DNA of 64,000 bases, taken from NCBI GenBank assembly GCA_951406725.2, contig OX597819.1:81344001-81408000 (forward strand), written 5' to 3'. Below, piece after piece: positions 53,171 through 64,000 of this stretch. The notes below the pieces were generated by a model that made no database searches, was not told the DNA's origin, and saw only the letters and a program-made list of their open reading frames with translations. Position numbers and translations under genes: made by a program. The stretch is from Octopus vulgaris (lineage: Eukaryota). The stretch's first letter is position 1. Each line of letters opens with the position of its first letter.

Positions 53171-53717
53171 TACTATTTGAATATGTTGGAACTTTCTTAC
53201 ACTTTTCCAACGTTTCAGCCTTTCCGACCGTCGTATCTTGATCTTTATAGAACGTTCACATTAATTTTACATTACTTTTCATAGCCCCCCCCCCCCCACC
53301 GGTTTATGTCTTACATGTGGCTTTTACAAAAATTCGTGATAAAAGACCATTGAGTCCGTTTCGAATTTTTCGCTTCTATGCATTTTCACAGGCGCTTTCT
53401 TTCTATTTCAAAACATTCGTCTGTTGACGTTGGCCAATTCTGTGTCTGTGTCTTTGTTTAACTTTTGATATACTTAAACCAATCGCTGCTATTGTATTAT
53501 CATGGGTTAAAGCAAATAAAATCCTAGAAAAAGAGATTGTTCATCATCAACGAACCCATGGTTTGTCATGAATTGTGCAGTTTACTGCCAAAATGTTTAA
53601 GAGAGAAACAACGTCAAATCTCCTCAGTAACTGATATCAATGCACTTTATAAGGAGCTAACTAACCTAAAACCCCCTGGTATTTAATACGCCAACTGGTT
53701 ATTTAGAAAACTACATG

Positions 53718-54125
53718 TTGCAAAAGAGACTGATAGAATAAGTACTAGGCTTCCAAAGAATAAGTCCTGAGGTCGATTTGCTTGACTAAAGGCGGTGTTT
53801 CAGCATGACCGTGGTCAAATGACTGAAACAAGTAAAAGAGTAAAAGAGAGTTAGTGTCTTCTAGTAAAATCTCGGGCCTTATGAGTGGATTTGGCAGGCG
53901 GAAACGGAAAGAAGCTCGTTGTGTATGCATATACAACGCTTGACAACCGGTGTTGGTGTGTTTACATCCCCGTATTCTAGCTGTTCGGTAAACGAGAACG
54001 ATAGAATAAATTTCGGGTTTTAAAAAAAAAATAAGTACTGGGGTCGATTAACTCGACTAATATTCTTCAAGGTGGTGTCCAGCATGGCCGCAGTTTGATG
54101 ACTGAAAACAGTAAAGATAAAAGAT
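53718..54125 (+). mobile_element. SINE family A fragments
   Basis: 3' half followed by an older copy. Confidence 0.75.
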
Positions 54126-55412
54126 AATACAATGTAAATATAAGTGATGTTAGTTTAGTATGCGTTAAGTGGTGAATATCGAAGAGAAAGAATTGAGTTC
54201 CCGGGGAGAGAGACGAGCAATGACCCGATCGCCAGTTGAAACCATTTTATTTCATTTATGCTGTTTATGTGATTTGAAAAGAGAAACAAAATATCTATCA
54301 CATTCTGTTTCCTTGTAAATGAGCAGCCCTGTGCTGAAATGAAAACGAGAAAATTATGAATTTAGGATTTATTTAAATACTCGTGATATAATTAAGATTT
54401 TATTGCTTTCAAAATATATCTGGAGAAGTAAGGAATGAATTCTGATTCCGAGTGAAACTTAATTATGTTAAATGTTACAGAAGAACAAAGGGACATAATA
54501 ATCTCTCTCTTTCTTTCTCTTTCTCTCTCTCTCTCTATCTCTCCATCTCCCTCTCCCTCTCTCTCTCCCTCTCTTTCTCTGTGAGATGCATTGACTTAGA
54601 TTTACATTTTATTGTAAAGCATTAGCTTAGAAAGTCATCGTCTTCGTGATCTGATTCAAAAGAGTCTGAAATTAGATTGGTGCTCGTTTGCATTATCCCC
54701 GTCCGGTGATTTTTATTGTCTCGAAACCGGAAATTAACATATAAATCACGGGACGATCGGAAGTTGTTCTTTTAGCTGCAAAGTGATTTAATGGGAAACA
54801 TATTCTTGCTTGCTTAAAACCTAACTGGTCTAAACTAAAGAACTGAACGAAGAGCAGATAATTAGATGGATTACCTGGGAGATTTTTGGTGAAATACAAT
54901 TGCATGGCTTTTTAACAGGATACAGCTAACATGATGTTTGTAGAATGCAACTGGGAAAATGCTGAATGGGTACGAGTGAGCCGTTGTTTACAGGTTACAA
55001 CAGGGATACTGTAAGCTAGATTACAAAGGGAATAGCGTACGTAGCATACAAATGGAATACGGAACATATATTTTAGCCAACAGATATCTTATTTCTCGGG
55101 AATAACGTCATCTCTTACTGTGATGGCTCCTTTTCAATTCTTTTTTTTTTTTTTTTTTTTTGGCATTTGGTATTTTTAGTGACGAAGGATGGGGAAATAG
55201 TGTAGTATTAACACCTTTTCAATTTCTTTATATCTGAACGTTTGAACATTTAGTGTTGTTTCTTATCATTGTTAGCTTTTACAAACTAATGGTAATAATT
55301 GGTGATAGCGGTCATCTTTGAAATTAGTCAACCTCTTCCCTGCGTAAAATGGAAATATATATGTGATACTTAATCTAAGTGATCCTTCAGTTAATATTTG
55401 ATAGTTATAAGA

Positions 55413-55628
55413 CTGCGAGGTGGCAGAATCATTACTACACCGGAGAAAAATGCTTAACAGCATTTCGTCCGTCTATACGTCCTGAATTCAAATCCCGCTG
55501 AGGTCGACTTCGCCTTTTTATCCTTTCGAAGTCGATAAAACAAGTACCAGTTGAACACTGGATTCCATGTCATCGACTTACACCCTTTCCCAAAATAGCA
55601 GGCCTTGTGCCAAAATTTGAAACCAATA
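55413..55628 (+). mobile_element. SINE family B copy
   Basis: Consensus match. Confidence 0.8.
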
Positions 55629-56086
55629 TTTTATACTTATACATACAACGTACATGCAAATATACCTACTATAATACTATATATAACTATGTGTCGAAAC
55701 AAGCATATATCCATATATACACACAAACACACACGCATAGATAGAATATATCATATATTTGGGAGTTGTTTACATAAACAGTTGGAGAGTTGATGCTGCA
55801 GATAAGTCATACATCGAACTGTCCAAAACAGAATCTATGTAAACACATTTCTTTGACTTTTTTCTGAAGATGGGCTGTTGTGGCTTCTCCAGGGTTTTTC
55901 ACCCTGTTGTTATTACTTTCTTTGTGGTATCTTGGAAAAATCACTTCATCCTCAATGTCAATGTTTGCAACTTAATGCAAAAATATCCAAAGCGATGTAG
56001 AACAAAAAGAAAATGGTAGAACCTATTAAGACCATTGCCGAGTATTTAATACCCGAGCAAAGCCGGGTACTCCTGCTAGTGTATAT

Positions 56087-56128
<42 letters not shown>

Positions 56129-56132
<4 letters not shown>

Positions 56133-56625
56133 ATTTTTTGCGTAATGAGATAAAAAAACCAAGGCTGTATAGATAAAACATTTATAGATATTATATTACA
56201 CAATGTAAAATTCCAATGCCTTATGAGTAAGATCATAAGGTATTGAATCTTACATATATACCATTCCGCCAAAAAAATCCACATCTATTTTCTTTCCTCC
56301 ACCTCACTCTCTATTTTGTATCCTATCTAAATTAACTATTACTTAACCATCTTCTCACATCGTCTCCGATGAAGGGATATAATTAATAAATATCCTGGAA
56401 ACAGGATATATTCTAATATTCTAATATCTAATATCTACACAGCCTTGGTTTTTTAATCACATTACGCAAAAAATTCTTATATACGCACGCTGACATATGA
56501 CCAATGTTGAACAACTTATTCGCAAAATCAACGAATCTGGAAATTAACTATGGTCTGTCTATAGCACTTATTCAGCATTACCTGACACCTTTGGGTCTCA
56601 ATGACACCATTACCTCTTATAACCT
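56129..56625 (+). mobile_element. PLE-type 3' end in (TA)n with short inverted 5' copy and damaged hammerhead motif
   Basis: 56130-56174 is an imperfect reverse complement of 56432-56477. CCGATGA agggatat...atatcctg GAAAC at 56366-56402; stem III disrupted. Confidence 0.65.
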
Positions 56626-56651
56626 ATATATATATATATAGGTTATACATA

Positions 56652-56824
56652 GGTGCAGGAGTGGCTGTGTGGTAAGTAGCTTGCTAACCAACCACATGCT
56701 TTCGGGTTCAGTCCCACTGCATGGCACCTTGGGCAAGTGTCTTCTGCTATAGCCCCGGGCCGACCAATGCCTTGTGAGTGGATTTGGCAGACGGAAACTG
56801 AAAGAAGCCTGTCGTGTATATATG

Positions 56825-56857
<33 letters not shown>

Positions 56858-57068
56858 TTGTGTGTCTGTGTTTGTCTCCCTAGCATTGCTTGACAACCGA
56901 TGCTGGTGTGTTTACGTCCCCGTAACTTAGCGCTTCGGCAAAAGAGACCGATAGAATAAGTACTGGGCTTACAAAGAATAAGTCCCGGGGTCGATTTCCT
57001 CGACTGAAGGCGGTGCTCCAGCATGGCCGCAGTCAAATGACTGAAACAAGTAAAAGAGTAAAAGAGTA
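56652..57068 (+). mobile_element. SINE family A, full length
   Basis: Consensus match. Confidence 0.9.
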
Positions 57069-57127
57069 TATATATATGCATAAATATTATATATATATAT
57101 ATATACATATATAATGTCGTATGAATG

Positions 57128-57170
<43 letters not shown>

Positions 57171-57930
57171 TAGCTTAAAAGACGCACACCCGGCGGGCTT
57201 TTAAGCTAGCTCCATCGGGAGGCCATTTGGGCCTGCAGCAAAAAACTTAAATAGAGTTAAATAGCATGACTATAATACGTTTATAATGACAATATGCCCC
57301 AGTGGTGTTTGATCAGAGGTTAAGAACGGATGAGAATTAATTCTGTAATGCAATCAATTCTATTGTACCAGTCCCAAGCTGAATTCCAACTGTTGGCCAA
57401 TTTGTCCCAATGTTCTTTTCTCGACGTAAAATTTAACGAAGCGAATGTCATTTTTCTCCCCCTTTATCTCTACCAAGCTGGAGTGAACCAGCTAACTGAG
57501 ATGGGGTGAATCAGCCAACCAAGAAGGCGTGAAGCAACCCAAATACTTTTAAATAAGATCCCAGTCCTATATACATATATAAAGTTAAATTTATAGCTTT
57601 GAGGGAATGTGAAATTATTCTTGTTTTGGAACGGTAAACCTATAAGAAGCAGATAAAGGCTACAAATAATATTAGATTCCTCGAATTTTGGTTGTTTGCC
57701 CCCCCCCCCGAAAGAAAGAAAGAGAGAGAGAGAGAGAGAATAATAGAGATCCTGAAATTTAGAGATATATAATCGATTATATCGACAATAGTTTTTAAAT
57801 GGCACTTAATTTATTGATTCCGAAGTATAGAGGACAAAGCTAAGTTGGGAAGATTTGAACTTAGTCTGTAAAGAGCCGGAACTATTATTACGAAGCATTT
57901 TGAGCTAAACATTCTGTCATTCCATTGCTG

Positions 57931-58007
<77 letters not shown>

Positions 58008-59522
58008 CATATATATAAATATACATGTATGTATACATAAATATACTCACACACATATACATGCATACATGCATACACTCACACACAATATATATATATA
58101 TATAATATAATATAATATAATATAATATAATATAATATAATATATAATATATATAATATAATATATTTCTTGTTTTAGTCATCAGACAGAAGCCAAGCTG
58201 GGGCACCGCCTTGAGGAATTTCATATATATATATATATATACATTGTGTGTGTGTGAAGGATCGTTTTGCATTCGACATCTGTTTGTAGAAAACAAGTTA
58301 GGTTATCTTTGGCTATAGTCCAATTAGTCAAGTTAATAGCAATAACTAATTCACGCATAAAGTTTTCGTTTCTTTTGTTTCCTTTATTTTTTTGCTCTTC
58401 GGAAGCACCGTTAAAAATGTGATATGATTTGAAATTAAAATTTAAGATGTTTATTAGTCAGCCAAATAACCAGATGTCATTTTAACTAAACTTAAATACA
58501 CACATACACACACACACAACCACAAACACACGCGTGTGAGTATTTGTGTCTATATAATTATAAGTATGTATATTTCGAATTATCTGTAAAGAATGGTCAG
58601 GTAATTAAGAGAAATACATTTGATTAGATACTAGTGAATAAAAAAGTAAAATAACATATCTAAGATAACTTATATCTTACAAATTGTGCATGATATACTA
58701 AAAACGAAGCGGAAAGATCAAAAGCAGTTAAAACTTAACTAGCCGTTTCCAGATAAAGAATTCCTGACATAGTCTTTTTGCTGAGAAAAAGAAAGAGGGT
58801 GAGAGAAGGGGGATGAGAAAGAGAGTGTGTGTGAGAGAGGGGGATGAGAGAGAGTGTGAGAGAACTATTTGTGTGTGAGAGAGAGAGAATATGGGAAATA
58901 GGGAAATATAATAAAGCATTAAAGTATTGCGCTGTTTTAATAACATACAGATCGGATAGAGTTCGGATAGGATAACTGTTCCCCCCACATTCTACTTCAA
59001 GAAGTTATCGGCATGACATTGAATCACTTACAAGTTGCTATCCATATCTCCAGACATCATGCTCTAGTCAGTCACCCTTCTAATCCGAGAAGCAGATGGC
59101 TTCTGTATATCCCATGTGCATCTTATTTAATTGCTACTTTTAAATGTGCCAACAGTTACCCTACCGTTCAGCAGTCGATAACCGTTGACAGCTCAGGGAA
59201 TATCGTTTATGTAGCGTTTTGTGCCTCGTGCCTCAATTACACAATAACACATGTCTTAGCTTGTCGTCAAGAATTCTCAATCAAAGGCGCGGGTGTACAT
59301 TTCTAGAGGTGCTTATGTACAAACTCGCTTCAACACATATGTGTCTGTTTATGTAAGTATGTACGTATATTTGTGTGCGTATGTATACATACATACATAT
59401 ACACACACACATATATAATATACATACACATAATATATTTGTATACATATGTGTATATTTATAAATGATATGCACTTGCAAACACGCGCATATTTCAAGG
59501 CCTTGTTACGAACATAAAGTCA

Positions 59523-59574
<52 letters not shown>

Positions 59575-59580
<6 letters not shown>

Positions 59581-60190
59581 TATAGATCCTTTCATTAATC
59601 CAGTCTTCCTTTCCTATATAGGGATGACGCCTCATTTTTTTTCTAGACAGAAGTAGTAAAGTACAGTTAGAAAGGCATAGGAAAAATTACTTTAGATTTT
59701 TCGAAAATTTAGGACTAAATATTACTATAGGTAAGGATTATCGTAGAGTGAATTTTCTTGACGCTACCTTTTGTCTTGATTTTGGATTATTGAACCATTT
59801 CATAAACCGAATGATCATATTAAGTACATTAACGTAGCATCCAACCATCCACCCTCGGTTATATGGGGACTAGTTAAGAATATTTCTTCTAGAATTTCTA
59901 GGTTATCTGCTACCAGGAAAATTTTCGAATTTCATGCATCTTATTATAATGATACTCTTGCTCAGGTTGGGTACCGTGATAGAATTCAATATATACAAGA
60001 TGCAGGCTTAAGCAACACTGGTAATTCCTACAATTGCGATACAGAACGTATACCACCACAACGTTACCGTTTGAGAAATCACTCGGATAAAGAATACAGG
60101 TTAGAAAGAATTGGTCATGTCAATGATCTACCAAAGAAAACTCATAGAGACATGCAACATAGTAATTCATTTGCTTGTCCCAATCCTGTA
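59575..60190 (+). mobile_element. Penelope-like (Naiad-type) reverse transcriptase fragment, frameshifted
   Basis: LYRDD at 59614-59628, then LERHRK...FENLGLNIT...VNFLDAT..L...PFHKPNDHIKYINVASNHPPSVI..LVKNISSRISRLS...F...YNDTL..VGY. Confidence 0.85.
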
Positions 60191-60209
60191 CAACACTAAT
60201 ATACAGATA

Positions 60210-60370
60210 TACACAACGGGCTACTTTCAGTTTCTGTCGACCAGATCCACTCACAAGGCTTTGGTCGGCCAAGACTATAATCGAAGACACTTGCCCAAGG
60301 AGTCACGGAGTGGAACTGAACACGGACCCATGTGATTAGGAAGCAAACTTCTTACTATACAGCCATCCCT
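60210..60370 (-). mobile_element. SINE family A 5' half
   Basis: Consensus match. Confidence 0.75.
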
Positions 60371-60450
60371 ATATATATTTAAATATGCGTGTGTGTGTGT
60401 GTGTGTGTGTGTATAAACATATATATGTATATACACACATTCGTGTAAGA

Positions 60451-60481
<31 letters not shown>

Positions 60482-60492
60482 TGTATGTGTGT

Positions 60493-60738
60493 GGAAAAAA
60501 GTCAAGATAGAAAATGCTAAAATAATTTTATAAAAAACATTTCAGTACTGGTTTCAGTCATTGAGACTTTTTCAACTGTAAGTATAGGAAACAAATTAAA
60601 TTTTGGAAAAATTAATAGAAAAGTTTTTTAAAAGAATATTTGCATAGTATTCATATAAGAAGTGGCATTTTCCTTGTTTCTGCCTGTTTCTCTTGTATAC
60701 TCTTGTGAGTTCGAGGTCGCTGTGTTCCTATTCAAACT
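60493..60738 (-). mobile_element. Solo pLTR fragment related to the Neptune-type element at 33838-35540, with U3-A8 hammerhead motif at 60543-60578
   Basis: Aligns to 33875-34105; cag TTGAAAA agtc-tcaat-gact GAAAC CA GTA ctg. Confidence 0.8.
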
Positions 60739-61781
<1,043 letters not shown>

Positions 61782-61786
<5 letters not shown>

Positions 61787-62310
61787 AAATGAAAAGAATG
61801 GAGTTGAAGGAAGATTGTAACAAAATTCCTTTACTTTCGACATATGTTTCGAAGACTGCATACTCTTAATTCCGAAGGAATGAAGGTTGCATTATGCCGT
61901 CTTCTCATCAGGAAATACAAGGAACCCCTATCAGCCTCAAGACGAACAAAAGCTTCTTACCGTCTGCCTGAAACCATGTAGGCAGACGGTAAGAAGCTTT
62001 TGTTCGTCTTGAGGCTGATAGGGGTTCCTTGTATTTCCTGATGAGAAGACGGAATAATACAACCTTCATTCCTTCGGAATTAAGAGTATGCAGTCTTCGA
62101 AACATATGTCGAAAGTAAAGGAATTTTGTTAAAATCTTCGTTCAACTCCATTCTTTTCATTTATTCATATAAAAAAACACAAATTTCCACACACGAACAC
62201 GGGGTTCGGCCCTTGGCATGTAACTTCAACCGTGTTTTACTGACGTGAATTTGCTACCCAGGTATCGATTAACCGAATTATCAATACTAGGATAATTCAT
62301 TCATCTACTT

Positions 62311-62315
<5 letters not shown>
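61782..62315. mobile_element. PLE-type insertion: 188-bp inverted repeat (61782-61969 / 61980-62167) plus 3' tail ending in (TA)n
   Basis: 4 mismatches between arms, 10-nt spacer. Confidence 0.85.
62032..62117 (+). ncRNA. Canonical-core type I hammerhead motif (mirror copy on minus at 61832-61917)
   Basis: tatttc CTGATGA gaagac...gtcttc GAAAC ATAT GTC gaaagta. Confidence 0.85.
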
Positions 62316-62362
<47 letters not shown>

Positions 62363-62365
<3 letters not shown>

Positions 62366-62566
62366 TAGACTAGACTACCCGTGATCCGTTGTGTCACTAA
62401 TAGTTCAAGGTACAAAAAAAAACTACGTATCTCGGGAACCCATGGTCCGATTTACGCGAAACTTATTTTATTCGTTTGTACTCCTATTTTTCAGAGTATT
62501 TTCCCGCTATGCGCCGGTTTGGCTGTATTAAATTACAGACAAGCATGCAAGCAAGCAATCACAGAC

Positions 62567-62612
<46 letters not shown>
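62363..62612 (-). mobile_element. Small non-autonomous Helitron-like element
   Basis: Minus strand starts TC(TA)n ataatactaaaagtctgtg... and ends gtgacacaacggatcacgggtagtctagtCTAG|T. Confidence 0.5.
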
Positions 62613-62649
<37 letters not shown>

Positions 62650-62699
62650 GAAGGAGGGAGAGAGAGAAAGAGGGAGGTGAGAGAGATACTTGCAGATAT

Positions 62700-63200
62700 A
62701 GCTGGTAGTTCAAAACAACTCTAGTGCAGTAAAAATCAAAATGCATTTTAATAAAAATATTTATATCGCATGCTTTCGATAATCTTTCTTAAGATTATTT
62801 TATGAACTCGTCTTTATCTTCCATGGGTCCTTCGATGTGGAACGGCAATTGTTGACATGCCTTCACTAAATTGTCCTTATACACTTCGGACATTATCTGG
62901 ATATCGGTGGTCTTCAGTGAAGGCTGTCGATTAATCTCCCTTTCAGCGACGCTCTTAAGATTTAGTCCATGGGATTTAAATCTTACGAGTTTGGAGGCCA
63001 CACGTTTGGTATTATATTATAGCAAAGATTGTTTGACATTCATTCTTGGGTTATGTGAGCCTTGTGAGAAAGTGTTGAGTGTTGAAACCCGTATAGCTTT
63101 CTACTGCGCACTTCATCTAACTAGCTTTAAAACTATCTTCAGCCTCTCAAAGCATCCAGCAGAATTCATTGAAAGACCTCGTGGATAGCCCTCTTTACTC
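62700..63200 (-). mobile_element. Degenerate Tc1/mariner transposase C-terminus
   Basis: NVWPPNS*DLNPMD* (WPxxSPDLNPxD motif), then EREINRQP...LVKACQQ...IE....KDEFIK. Confidence 0.75.
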
Positions 63201-63229
63201 TGAAAACCATTCTACTTAATTTGATCTGT

Positions 63230-63405
63230 CTTTTATTTTTTACTGGTTCAGTCATTGAACTGCGGCCAAACTGGGGTTCTGCTTTGACCTACTAAGTCGA
63301 ACAAATAAACCCCAGTTTTAATTTTGTTTTAGTCGCGCACTAATTTTTCTTTTTTAAAGTCTGGTACTCATTCTGTTGGCCTCTTTTGCCGAACCGCTAA
63401 GTTAT
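63230..63405 (-). mobile_element. SINE family A 3' half
   Basis: Consensus match. Confidence 0.7.
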
Positions 63406-64000
63406 TATCTATTGATCATTTTCCATTCTTTTCTTTGAAGCATTGCATTGTTTTCCGTTTTGTGTTCTAAAAAATTGTTACTAGAACATGACTTATGATT
63501 ATTCTGCCGGATTTGATCGATATCTGGTTCTAGAATATATTTGGCGTTTACTCTTTTGGAAGCATTCAGATCAAACTCAATTTGAATGTAAAGTAGTATT
63601 TTCTTCCATGCTGCTTCCAGATGCACCTTCCTCTAAATTGAGTTATTGATTGTGAGAAACTATCGAATGAAAGGTTTACTAGCGGATGTCCTATACCTGA
63701 TAGTATAAACCGTAGATAACGCTTTAGTAGGCTGCCCTATCTATTGGTGCATAATTATATATGTTTCTCGCTTGCTACATAAGCTGTACCCAACCGAAAC
63801 GAAAACTGATATCAAGAAGATCACTCAATTCATTGATTTCCAGTTGAACCAATCAGAAAAAAAATGATGTATTATTAGTAACATCCCATGAGCTTCTGTT
63901 TCTTCATTTCTTCTCCCAAGAGAACATTCTCTTATAACATTGTTTCAATACTTTCACAGCAAATAGAAATATCTCGGCTGGACAATTTTCTTTGATATAC

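Overview
Eukaryotic, very AT-rich, microsatellite-dense DNA. The repeat content looks like an octopus/coleoid cephalopod genome; this is inferred from SINE families I recognise by eye, not from a database search. I find no intact host gene: most long ORFs in the track are translations of (TA)n/(CA)n/(TATC)n/(TTA)n repeats. The window is a graveyard of mobile elements: three tRNA-derived SINE families (dozens of copies), R4/Dong-like RLE LINE remnants, hAT, Merlin and Tc1/mariner transposase remnants, Helitron-like ends, and Penelope-like elements (a Naiad-type RT, a Naiad-type EN and a Neptune-type GIY-YIG EN). The most striking pattern is about ten Penelope-type 3' ends from at least six sequence families, sitting in or beside (TA)n tracts. 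Most carry a minimal type-I hammerhead ribozyme motif, and several form long inverted repeats. Hammerhead variants include a U3-A8 core (UUGAAAA) with stem-II covariation between copies, U4C cores and very long stem II insertions. Element boundaries are approximate and were read by eye.
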